In this document: positions 30,207 through 38,509 of the stretch, in pieces
How the letters are laid out: each line of letters opens with the position of its first letter
Position numbering within the stretch: the stretch's first letter is position 1
Assembly: GCA_963704645.1 (NCBI GenBank)
Contig: OY969926.1
Coordinates: 352,001-416,000, forward strand
DNA: 64,000 nt
Reading direction: 5' to 3'
From: an uncultured bacterium
Lineage (GTDB): Bacteria > Patescibacteriota > JACMRA01
Made by a program: the position numbers and the translations under genes
Notes under the pieces: generated by a model
What the model was told of the DNA's origin: nothing
Databases searched by the model: none
Seen by the model: only the letters and a program-made list of their open reading frames with translations

Positions 30207-30605
30207 TTAAGCTGCTTTAGCCCAAACTTTATTCATTTTTTCATCAAAAGTGTGAAGATTGGATATTTTGTTAAATCTACACCAACTTAAATGAAAATTA
30301 TCTTCTAAGCCTAAATTATTGTTTGAATCTTTTTCTAGGGCTAAAGAAATAATTTGTTTATCTTCAAATTCAATAATGTCTAGTTGCAAAAATTTATAAA
30401 TTAATGTGTTAGTTTCTTCTTTTCCAAGTTTCAGTGTTTTAAACAAAACCCAATAAACTTCAAATAAAACTACATTATTTGAAACAAGCTTTATGTTTGA
30501 AGTAACGCATTCTATAAAGAATTTTGAAACTAAATTATACTGTTCTAAATTGTCTTTTAATAAATACCTTAAAATGTAATTTGTATCTACAAACTGTTTA
30601 TTCAT
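30207..30605 (-). CDS. PIN domain (VapC-like) toxin
   Basis: FVDTNYILRYL, EVYWVL, LED, TFD acidic PIN residues; ATG 30605 overlaps the antitoxin end. Confidence 0.88.
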   Translation of the reverse strand: MNKQFVDTNYILRYLLKDNLEQYNLVSKFFIECVTSNIKLVSNNVVLFEVYWVLFKTLKLGKEETNTLIYKFLQLDIIEFEDKQIISLALEKDSNNNLGLEDNFHLSWCRFNKISNLHTFDEKMNKVWAKAA

Positions 30606-30870
30606 AATCTTTATATTTTTCTTCTTTTGCTTGCTCAATTAACTTTTCCAAATCTTCATTTGTTTCAGCTCTTAAATTTTTTGGAATAGGCAGTGATCCA
30701 GCCATTTTTTTAATTTCTTCTAATTGGTTTACAAGTCTGTAGCCTCCACGAATATCTTTAACCAGAATTAAATAATTATTTTCAACGTTTTTTTGAAAAC
30801 CCAAGTCTTCTAAAACATCAACAGGAATAGTACCCTGATTTTTCTTACTAAGTTTTACTTTATAAGCCAT
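30598..30870 (-). CDS. AbrB/MazE-like antitoxin
   Basis: KVKLSKKNQGTIP swapped-hairpin motif; overlaps the PIN gene. Confidence 0.8.
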   Translation of the reverse strand: MAYKVKLSKKNQGTIPVDVLEDLGFQKNVENNYLILVKDIRGGYRLVNQLEEIKKMAGSLPIPKNLRAETNEDLEKLIEQAKEEKYKDYE

Positions 30871-30968
30871 AGTAGGTTTATTGTATGTTAAGTAGGGGAA
30901 AATGTCAAGACTAAAGTTTTGTTAATTTAACAAATTTGAAAATTCATTAATATTTTTATTATTTATAT

Positions 30969-31562
30969 CTAAGGACTTAAATTAGGGTAAGAGTTTAGTA
31001 TTTCAATATCAATCTTTTCACAAATAGATACTAAAGTTGGAAGATATTTATAACGAATATCTTGAATTGTCGTTAAAACATTGAAATCATGAGCGTACTT
31101 GTGTCTTTTATCTTTAATTTCGTCTACCATGACGAGAATTTCATTTTCAACAAGATTTTTTATTTTAATTCCGAATAGTTTGTATACTTTTTCTAATCTA
31201 TCTATATTAATGGATATACTATCCTGGAAACCATCAATTTTAAAATTGCCTGTTTTACCAATTTCGTCATCAGGCAAATCTATCAAGCTTTTTTTGGCGT
31301 AAAAATTTAGTAACGCATGAGTCGCTTTTACTTGCACAAGGCTTGAATTAACTTGTTCCAATATTGCTTCCACAATTGATTTGTTATATGATTCATACAT
31401 AGCACAAAGTGTAATTACGAAGCTACCAACTAAAATATTATTATTAGCTATGAAGAATCCGTCTTGATTTTTTTGCTCTTCAAGTTGTCCTAATGCAACT
31501 TGTTCAAGTGCAGATTCAATAGTAGCAATGTTACTCTTAAAATCCTTAAGATATTTTGTCAT
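30969..31562 (-). CDS. HEPN domain protein (MAE_28990/RiboL-PSP-like)
   Basis: VITLCAMYESY (conserved E) and KRHKYAH (RxxxxH); ATG 31562 overlaps the DUF262 gene end. Confidence 0.75.
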   Translation of the reverse strand: MTKYLKDFKSNIATIESALEQVALGQLEEQKNQDGFFIANNNILVGSFVITLCAMYESYNKSIVEAILEQVNSSLVQVKATHALLNFYAKKSLIDLPDDEIGKTGNFKIDGFQDSISINIDRLEKVYKLFGIKIKNLVENEILVMVDEIKDKRHKYAHDFNVLTTIQDIRYKYLPTLVSICEKIDIEILNSYPNLSP

Positions 31563-32697
31563 TAGCCAAGAGTTTGATATCACTGATAATAAATTTATTC
31601 CAAAGCTCTCTTCTGCTCAATATACTTTTCTTTTGAGCAGTACCACCTTGTAATGTTTGAATGAAGTTGGGATCTTTGCACATTTTTTCATAATTAAGTA
31701 GAATGTTTGCTTTTTTATTATCAATAACATCCCAACCAATGTCTCTAAGGCCTGACATTTGTATGTCGTAGTATGAAATGCCAGTACGCTTATTAGTTTT
31801 ACTTGCACCTTTAAAAGTTAACTCTCCAAATACAGCCTTACATTTACTAAAAGTATCCAAAAAGTCATTTTCCATTTCTAATATTTTTGAACTTGTTTCA
31901 TACTCATACTTTTTCATAATTTTATCTAAAAATAATGTTAGCTTGGTCTCTTTATAATCCTCTATGTTATTGTCATAGGAGAGAGCAAAATATCTTAAAA
32001 CCAATTCTTCATCATATTTTCTATCAATTAAATCTGTTCTTTCTTCATATTCACCAGTTTCTTCATTATATTCTGATTTTTGTATGGTTCCAGAAGAGGA
32101 TTTAGGCAAAAATTCTTTTACATGAGAGCCTAGTGTGTCGAGAAGAGTAGTAAAATTTCCGTTTCCTGTGTATTGAGCATGCCTTATCTCTTGATCTTCC
32201 AACTTTACGCCTCCAGCATTAAGTCTTCTAAATATTTCTCTGATTGCTCTGTCGTCGTTTTGAGTATTAAGCACGATGCATCTTATAGCATAGTCATAGA
32301 CTTTAGATTTTGTTACTAAATCCAGCTGATTATAGCTCTTTCCATTCAGTTCAGTTAAAATTTGTAATCCTTTCAAGGGAAATGGTTTGTCAATGCCTTG
32401 TAACTGCTCTTCATCTCCCATAAATTTAAGTAAGCTGTTCATTCTTTGCACACCGTCGATAATTTCATAAACACTGTCTTTATTTTTATATATATAAAAG
32501 TTTGGAATTGGGATTCCTAGAATACATGATTCAATAAGCTCTGAAGCTTTTTTTTCATCCCAAATATAGCGCCTTTGATAATAAGGATCAAACTTTAGTG
32601 TATTATTTTTGTATTTCAGCTGCAAGGTCTGTACAGTCAATTCAAATGTGCTAAAAGTAAGTTCTTTAATTGATTGCATGTTATTTTCGTGAGGCAT
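31546..32697 (-). CDS. DUF262 (ParB/Srx-like, GmrS-like) domain protein
   Basis: PYYQRRYIW, LIESCILGIPIP, IIDGVQR, IFRRLNAGGVKL. Confidence 0.9.
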   Translation of the reverse strand: MPHENNMQSIKELTFSTFELTVQTLQLKYKNNTLKFDPYYQRRYIWDEKKASELIESCILGIPIPNFYIYKNKDSVYEIIDGVQRMNSLLKFMGDEEQLQGIDKPFPLKGLQILTELNGKSYNQLDLVTKSKVYDYAIRCIVLNTQNDDRAIREIFRRLNAGGVKLEDQEIRHAQYTGNGNFTTLLDTLGSHVKEFLPKSSSGTIQKSEYNEETGEYEERTDLIDRKYDEELVLRYFALSYDNNIEDYKETKLTLFLDKIMKKYEYETSSKILEMENDFLDTFSKCKAVFGELTFKGASKTNKRTGISYYDIQMSGLRDIGWDVIDNKKANILLNYEKMCKDPNFIQTLQGGTAQKKSILSRRELWNKFIISDIKLLANDKIS

Positions 32698-32703
32698 AAT
32701 TCT

Positions 32704-35154
32704 TTAATTTAAATTTTTCAAAAACTCACCTAGCCCCTCCAACCCAACCTTACTCTCACCCTCTTGAGTGCGTACTGACACCTGACCTTCGGCAATATCT
32801 TTTGGCCCAACAATAATTAAAACTGGCACTTTTTGCATTTCGGCTTCTCTAATTTTTTTACCGAGTGATTCAGAACGGTCATCAACTTCAAACCTAATTT
32901 CGTTGTATTTTAGTGGTTTCATTAATACAGTTTCGCCTAGAATTTCTTTTACCTTTTCAACATATTCTAAAGTTTCAGGTTGGGTATTAATAGTTAAAAT
33001 TTTAACTTGAGTTGGGGCTAACCAAAGCGGGAAACGTCCGCCGAAATGTTCTATTAAAACACCCATAAAACGTTCTGCACTACCAGCAATTGCTCTGTGA
33101 ATAACTACTGGTCTTTCGTCTTCTCCGTTTTCATTTACAAAACTTAGGTTAAACCTTTCTGGTAAATTAAAGTCTATTTGTATAGTAGAAAGTTGCTGTT
33201 GTCTGCCAATTACATCTGTGAACATGAAGTCTAGTTTTGGTCCGTAAAAAGCAGCTTCGCCTTCAACCATTTTGTGTGGAATGTTGTGTTTAATAGCAGC
33301 CTGTTTTAAAGCATTCTCTGCAGTTTCCCACATTTCATTTGTTCCAAGCCAGTTGTCTGTAGAATCTCTAACCGATAAACTTACCCATTTTGGTTCCATG
33401 CCAAAAGTAGCCATAAATTCTTTAATAATTTCAACAATTGTACTAACTTCATCTTCTAATTGGGTTAATCTTGCAAATAAATGTCCGTCGTCTTGAGTAA
33501 TATTTCTTACTCTGGTTAGTCCGCTAAGTTGTCCTGTTTTTTCGTCTCTGTAAACAGTAGCGTGTTCAAAATACCTAATAGGCATGTCGCGGTAGCTAAA
33601 TTTATTATCGGCAAATAACTGCATATGATGAGGGCAGTTCATTGGTTTTAAGTAGAAATTTTCTTTGGAAGTTCCACCATAAACACTAAACATATCATCT
33701 AAATAATGTTTTGCATGTCCGGAAGTTTGATACAAAATTTCCTTGGCCATGTGCGGTGTCCAAACTTCTTTATAGTTTTTATTTTTATGAAGTTGCCACA
33801 GGTATGCCTGAATATTTTTGCGAATTATGTTTCCGTTGGGTTGGAATAAAGCTAAGCCAGAACCTACCAAATCTGAAATTGTGTAGTACTTTTGGGTTTC
33901 ATTTAAAATTCTGTGATCACGCTTTTTAGCTTCTTCCCTATCGGACTGAAACTTTTCTAACTCATCTTTTGTTTCAAAAACCAAGGCGTAAATTCTTTGC
34001 ATTCTAATATCGCGATCTTGATCACCACGCCAATATGAAGCCGAGAATTTGTCTAAGGCAAAGCCAAGACCTTTTAGCTCTTTAACATGACCAATATGTG
34101 GCCCTTTGCACAAATCTTCAAATACAATTTCCCCTGTGCTTTCGTCTACTATACGTTCTAGGGTTATGGTTGGAATTGTAGAAGATAGTTTGTTAAATTC
34201 GTTCTCTAAATTAGTTTCTCCTTTAACATAGTGGATTCCTGCAATGCCAATTTCCTTTGCAGCTTCAACGTTGTGTACTAGATCATCAATGAATACTGAC
34301 TCCGCTGCTTTGATAGAGTATTTGTTAAGTAAAAAATGGTATATTTGTTCATTAGGTTTTGAAATACCTGCTTCAATATCGGTAACACCTCCATCAAACA
34401 AGCTAAATATTTCTGCTTTTGTTCTTGTTACAAATATTTTTTCTTTGGTGTTAGTTAAGTAAAATAACTTATATCCTTTTTGTTTTTTACCTCTAATAAA
34501 ATTCTCTACTTCCTTTATAGTTTGGTTGTTATTTATAAACTTATCAAACAGTTTAGCACCGTCTGAATTTTGTAAACCAATTTGAACGGCGTAATTTTGC
34601 CAGAATTCTAATTCCAAAAAATTGTTGGCTTTCTCAGATTCTTCCCAAACTTTTTTACCGAAATAATCTTGTCCATCTTGAAGTGAATATTCTGAGGCAA
34701 TATATTCTACCACGGCTACATGCTGCTTTTCAAAAACTACATCTCCAAAATCTAGTATTATATTTTTAATTTTAGATTCAGCAGCTAAGCTTTCTTTTTC
34801 CTCTTCAGTCATACTAGTAGTTCCCTTGGTTCGTAAATCATTAAGCAACTCAACTTTCAATGGCTGGCCGGCATTTTCAAAATGAATAATAGCTTCTTCA
34901 ATAGACAATGCCTGGGTTTTGAATGAAAGATGTCTTTTCAACAATTCTCTCATTTTAGCTTCAATTAAAGGAAGATCTTCTGGAATTAAAGTTCTTGGTA
35001 AAATGAAATCGTAATAGCAACCATTTTCAATAACGGGGCCAACGCCAAACTGAGTTTCTGGGAACATCTGTCCAACGGCCGCAGCCATAATGTGAGCCAT
35101 GGAATGACGTTTTGTATCTAGGGGTAGGTTTTGTGAGTTTTGAGGGAGAGACAT
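32704..35154 (-). CDS. thrS: Threonine--tRNA ligase with an inserted HAD-like hydrolase domain
   Basis: RHSMAH, DLCKGPH, DHR, KPMNCPHH, GLTRVR.TQDD, GEAAFYGPK, IHRA; about 200-aa HAD insert in the editing domain. Confidence 0.96.
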   Translation of the reverse strand: MSLPQNSQNLPLDTKRHSMAHIMAAAVGQMFPETQFGVGPVIENGCYYDFILPRTLIPEDLPLIEAKMRELLKRHLSFKTQALSIEEAIIHFENAGQPLKVELLNDLRTKGTTSMTEEEKESLAAESKIKNIILDFGDVVFEKQHVAVVEYIASEYSLQDGQDYFGKKVWEESEKANNFLELEFWQNYAVQIGLQNSDGAKLFDKFINNNQTIKEVENFIRGKKQKGYKLFYLTNTKEKIFVTRTKAEIFSLFDGGVTDIEAGISKPNEQIYHFLLNKYSIKAAESVFIDDLVHNVEAAKEIGIAGIHYVKGETNLENEFNKLSSTIPTITLERIVDESTGEIVFEDLCKGPHIGHVKELKGLGFALDKFSASYWRGDQDRDIRMQRIYALVFETKDELEKFQSDREEAKKRDHRILNETQKYYTISDLVGSGLALFQPNGNIIRKNIQAYLWQLHKNKNYKEVWTPHMAKEILYQTSGHAKHYLDDMFSVYGGTSKENFYLKPMNCPHHMQLFADNKFSYRDMPIRYFEHATVYRDEKTGQLSGLTRVRNITQDDGHLFARLTQLEDEVSTIVEIIKEFMATFGMEPKWVSLSVRDSTDNWLGTNEMWETAENALKQAAIKHNIPHKMVEGEAAFYGPKLDFMFTDVIGRQQQLSTIQIDFNLPERFNLSFVNENGEDERPVVIHRAIAGSAERFMGVLIEHFGGRFPLWLAPTQVKILTINTQPETLEYVEKVKEILGETVLMKPLKYNEIRFEVDDRSESLGKKIREAEMQKVPVLIIVGPKDIAEGQVSVRTQEGESKVGLEGLGEFLKNLN
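34185..34773 (-). other. HAD-IA phosphatase domain inserted in ThrRS
   Basis: IKNIILDFGDVV (motif I), YLTN (II), GISKP (III), VFIDD..NVEAA (IV). Confidence 0.88.
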
Positions 35155-35163
35155 ATTTAAATG

Positions 35164-35192
35164 TTGACAGTTTGTAGTTTTTTGTATATTAT
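35164..35192 (+). promoter_or_regulatory. Antisense sigma70 promoter facing the toxin 3' end
   Basis: TTGACA (35164-69), 17 nt, TATTAT (35187-92); no + strand ORF follows. Confidence 0.6.
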
Positions 35193-35198
35193 AAGTTT

Positions 35199-35246
35199 AT
35201 TAATGGCCTTTGGTCGACGATCCCCCGAAAGGGGGTGATTTCTTTG
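35199..35246 (+). ncRNA. Candidate ~48-nt antisense sRNA over the PemK 3' end
   Basis: TGGCC-TTT-GGTCG hairpin then CCCCC-GAAA-GGGGG hairpin with TGATTTCTTT tail, directly after the promoter. Confidence 0.4.
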
Positions 35247-35634
35247 TCATCAGATTAGAAGTTGCCAGCTGTATTTTTTCAAAAACAATATCTGAGACTT
35301 TATGGTTAGAATTATACCTCAACCTTCTGGCGTCAAGAGATCTTAAATGAACCAAGCAAACGTATGAGACTTTATTTCCATAATTAATTGGAAAGTAAAA
35401 TGGATTGTTAGATTTATCTTTGGAAGTTAAAGGAATACCCCAAAATTGATGTTTGTTAAATTTTTTTATAATTAAAACTGGCCTAGCAAATCCGTAGCCT
35501 TTTCCATCAATTTCTACACCTACATTCACACCAATACTACACCACCAAATTTCTCTTTCACGGAATGGTAAAACATTAGGCTTAAAATTAATATCAATTT
35601 TCTGTTGAATCCAGCTAACGAAATCTTTCAGCAT
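35200..35634 (-). CDS. PemK/MazF family toxin (no adjacent protein antitoxin)
   Basis: EREIWWCSIGVNVGVEIDGKG..FARPVLIIKK..GIPLTSK..LRSLDARRL. Confidence 0.9.
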   Translation of the reverse strand: MLKDFVSWIQQKIDINFKPNVLPFREREIWWCSIGVNVGVEIDGKGYGFARPVLIIKKFNKHQFWGIPLTSKDKSNNPFYFPINYGNKVSYVCLVHLRSLDARRLRYNSNHKVSDIVFEKIQLATSNLMTKKSPPFGGSSTKGH

Positions 35635-35682
35635 AACTTATTATAAATGAAGAGTAAAGGTTTATTTAAAATTTGTGCAAAT

Positions 35683-35733
35683 AAAAACTCCCAACCTGGG
35701 AGTAAAATTATTTTGTAAAACAAAACTACTCCC
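35683..35733 (-). terminator. Attenuator: terminator and antiterminator of the thr leader
   Basis: Terminator ACTCCCA-GGT-TGGGAGT+TTTT (35703-35683); leader end GGGAGTAG (35733-26) can instead pair with TTACTCCC (35705-35698). Confidence 0.85.
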
Positions 35734-35773
35734 GTATTTGGGTTGTAGTGGTTGTGATTACAAAAATTTGCAT
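35726..35773 (-). CDS. Threonine attenuator leader peptide MQIFVITTTTTQIRE
   Basis: ATG CAA ATT TTT GTA ATC ACA ACC ACT ACA ACC CAA ATA CGG GAG TAG: five consecutive Thr codons upstream of thrS. Confidence 0.88.
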   Translation of the reverse strand: MQIFVITTTTTQIRE

Positions 35774-35779
35774 GTTCTT

Positions 35780-35808
35780 ATTTTAAATCCATAGTTATTT
35801 AATGTCAA
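35780..35808 (-). promoter_or_regulatory. Sigma70 promoter of the thr leader (leaderless start)
   Basis: TTGACA (35808-03), 17 nt, TAAAAT (35785-80), 6 nt, ATG at 35773. Confidence 0.85.
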
Positions 35809-36202
35809 AAGTGTTTCTGCCAAGTAGTGGTTCAATTTCTATAATATTTCCGTCTACAGCTACAGCCAGAACTTTTAGAATAACATTCTCCGTTCCCATA
35901 TATCCACCTTTTCTAAACACTCTGGTGGAATTATTTACAGACCAAGATATATTTGAGCTATTAAGTTTTCTATATAAATTAATTGTTCCAGGTAGTGTAG
36001 TTAGAGATATAAAATAAGTCTTACTAAAAACAATTATTGAAATTATTACTAATGAAACCAATGAAGAACTTATATTAAAAATATATGTAAAATAAAAACT
36101 GCACATTGTAATGGCTGTTATACTTAGCCAATAAAATATAACATGTTTCAAGTGACTATTTAATATAGTTTTAAGCCTGTATATGTCTTTCGATTGGATC
36201 AT
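35795..36202 (-). CDS. Hypothetical membrane protein
   Basis: 135-aa ORF with two TM segments. Confidence 0.5.
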   Translation of the reverse strand: MIQSKDIYRLKTILNSHLKHVIFYWLSITAITMCSFYFTYIFNISSSLVSLVIISIIVFSKTYFISLTTLPGTINLYRKLNSSNISWSVNNSTRVFRKGGYMGTENVILKVLAVAVDGNIIEIEPLLGRNTFDIK

Positions 36203-36229
36203 AGAAATTTAGTTTTACAGTTATAAAAA

Positions 36230-36640
36230 CTACCTTTCGTAACACATAAATTCCATTTTAAAACCGTTCATATCTTCCCAAAATACAGCATAGTACCCTT
36301 CGTCATAATCTGGATAAAATTTAGGTTCGTCTAAGATAGTTACGCTCATATCTACTAACTGTTTGTAAACATTATCTACAGCAATTTTATTTTCCAATTG
36401 CAAAGCAAAGTGATGTAATCCAACTTGATATTTATTAAATTTGGAATCTTTAAATTCGTCGTTTTCTGGAAAAATTTCGAACATAAAATTACTTGAAAAT
36501 CTTACTCCGAAAACGTCAATATCATTTAAAACTATTTCACCCCCAAAGTAACCTACAAACAAATTAGTATAAAATTCTTTGGATTTTTGGAAGTCTTTAA
36601 CAGTTAGTGTGATATGGTCAATCCTAGGATATATGGACAT
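36230..36640 (-). CDS. VOC/glyoxalase family protein
   Basis: IDHITLTVKD..SKEFY, GLHHFAL, GYYAVFWEDMNGFKMEF; ATG 36640. Confidence 0.9.
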   Translation of the reverse strand: MSIYPRIDHITLTVKDFQKSKEFYTNLFVGYFGGEIVLNDIDVFGVRFSSNFMFEIFPENDEFKDSKFNKYQVGLHHFALQLENKIAVDNVYKQLVDMSVTILDEPKFYPDYDEGYYAVFWEDMNGFKMEFMCYER

Positions 36641-36786
36641 AGAATTAGAAAATGCTAATTGCGAATACCTAGTCAAGAGTTTTTACTACAAATTGATATA
36701 TGGGTGTTGGCGGATAATTGCTATTTATAAGTAGATTTTCAGCCAGTTAAATTATAAGTAGAGAGTATTTAATAATTGCCCAAATA

Positions 36787-37779
36787 CTATTCCATCTCTT
36801 TATTTAATTTTAGTTGATTAGCTAAATTATAAAGTTGACTAGAATTTTCCCTAATCATTCTTTCTGCTAAAAGTTTTAAGGCTCTGATATTTTCAAAACC
36901 TGCCTTATCCATTGCTTCGTCAAGACCGTCTAACCTTGGTTGAAAGCGATAATATTCACCAAATTTAGCTTTTTCAAAAAGTTGACGCAGTTGATAGTCT
37001 ATAGTTGTTTCCACTCCATCAAAAACTACATTCAAAACTGGCTGAGCCCATTTAGCAAGGCCCCAACCTTTTAAATCGTTATACTTTAATTGTTTGGTTT
37101 GTGATCCTGTCCCCAAGGAAACCAAAATCATTTTTTCGGCATCTGGATACATGGTTTTAGCTTCTACAAAAGCACACATTGCTGGGTTGTTGGCATATAC
37201 TCCTCCATCAATAAAACTATAATAGTCTGGTGAACCGGGCACATCAATTTTATGAGGTTCAAAATATGTTGGGGCGGCAGAAGTACTTCTGGCAACGTCT
37301 CGCATTAAAAAATCGTAATTTCCGTCCTCTTTACCTTTTCTACTTTTAAAAAACCAAGAAATTCTACGTTCGGTTTCATAGGCAGTTATTATTGTAGGAA
37401 TAAGACTTTCAGACAATTTTGTTTCTCCAAAATATTTGGTCAGAACCTGTTCAATGCCCTTACTCGTATACTTTTCTTCAAGTAAGTTACCAGCTGCAAT
37501 AATGCTGTGTATTAGATCAATTGCAAATATTTTTGAACCCTCTTTTTCGTACATATCAACCAAATCGCTAGCAGTATAGGCAGGGGTTAAATCATCAGAG
37601 GATTTTGGCTTGGTAAGCCCTAAGCTTAGAATTCCCCCTGTTGAAGTTCCGGCTACTAAATCAAAAATTTGACTTACTGGCTTACCACTAATTTTTTCTA
37701 TTTCATTCAATATCATAGCAGGAATAATTCCCCTTATTCCACCGCCATCAATAGACAAAATGGTTACAGTTTTTGGCAT
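36787..37779 (-). CDS. Patatin-like phospholipase
   Basis: SIDGGGIRG, AGTSTGG, STSAAPTYF, IDGGVYANNP; ATG 37779. Confidence 0.95.
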   Translation of the reverse strand: MPKTVTILSIDGGGIRGIIPAMILNEIEKISGKPVSQIFDLVAGTSTGGILSLGLTKPKSSDDLTPAYTASDLVDMYEKEGSKIFAIDLIHSIIAAGNLLEEKYTSKGIEQVLTKYFGETKLSESLIPTIITAYETERRISWFFKSRKGKEDGNYDFLMRDVARSTSAAPTYFEPHKIDVPGSPDYYSFIDGGVYANNPAMCAFVEAKTMYPDAEKMILVSLGTGSQTKQLKYNDLKGWGLAKWAQPVLNVVFDGVETTIDYQLRQLFEKAKFGEYYRFQPRLDGLDEAMDKAGFENIRALKLLAERMIRENSSQLYNLANQLKLNKEME

Positions 37780-37882
37780 GTACCAACCAGCCATGAAAAA
37801 TACAAATTGTCAACGCAGTATATCTTCACACCATATCTCAAAAATGTAATTAAAAACTCTTTGTTCTATCGTATTAATCCAC

Positions 37883-37961
37883 TTAGACCCTTGGGCCGAC
37901 ACTGACGCTGAGCCAAGCTCAGCTTGCACCAGCTTTCTGAAACAAGTTATGGGTGACAGTT
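37883..37961 (+). repeat. Dispersed REP/MITE-like palindromic repeat, long copy 2
   Basis: TTAGACCC...GCTGAG-CCAAG-CTCAGC...TGAAACAAGTTATGGGTGACAG aligns with 7591-7668. Confidence 0.75.
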
Positions 37962-37971
37962 TACTATGGCA

Positions 37972-38457
37972 TCACGGTATAATTGAGACAGTAATTACTT
38001 TAATTCCAAACTCTTCTCTAATTTTATAAAGTAGGGTATCCAAATAATTTTCGTAACCAAAATGTGGCCATTTTTTCTTCATTAAAATACATTGCAAAGC
38101 TGTTTGAAAAACCTTGGGAAAAGTTAAAACAAATCTTCTAATTAAACGGAGAGGGCCAAACATTTTTAGCAATTCTATAATAAAACCTTGCTTTATAACT
38201 TTTGCATATGTTTTCACACCAATTTGGCAACCAAAAAAAGTTCTAGTTTCTAATAATAATTCTTCAGCCGAAGATGTTCCTAGCCCAAAAACTACATGGG
38301 CAACATCATGGGCTTTCACAGTATTTATAGGCATTCCAAGTAAGCCAATATCTATTTCAAAGCTGGGGTTTTTCTGGTAATATTCTTCTAATCCTTCCCT
38401 TAAAGTTAATTGGCAATTTTGCCTAGAAAAACTATATAATTTATAAGGTTTTTTCAT
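37972..38457 (-). CDS. Hypothetical protein with HDxxH motif (Coq4-like)
   Basis: AHDVAHVVFGLGTSSAEE. Confidence 0.55.
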   Translation of the reverse strand: MKKPYKLYSFSRQNCQLTLREGLEEYYQKNPSFEIDIGLLGMPINTVKAHDVAHVVFGLGTSSAEELLLETRTFFGCQIGVKTYAKVIKQGFIIELLKMFGPLRLIRRFVLTFPKVFQTALQCILMKKKWPHFGYENYLDTLLYKIREEFGIKVITVSIIP

Positions 38458-38509
38458 AATTTAAATGCTTAACTTTAAGCGTGAAAGCTTTTGAAACTAT
38501 TCTAAATCA

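Noticed and set aside
34185-34773. Intein in ThrRS
   Set aside because: No C/S start with a terminal HN followed by C/S/T; the insert has HAD motifs instead
35635-35800. T-box riboswitch upstream of thrS
   Set aside because: No T-box GGTGG-ACC motif and no room for stem I; the leader peptide explains the terminator
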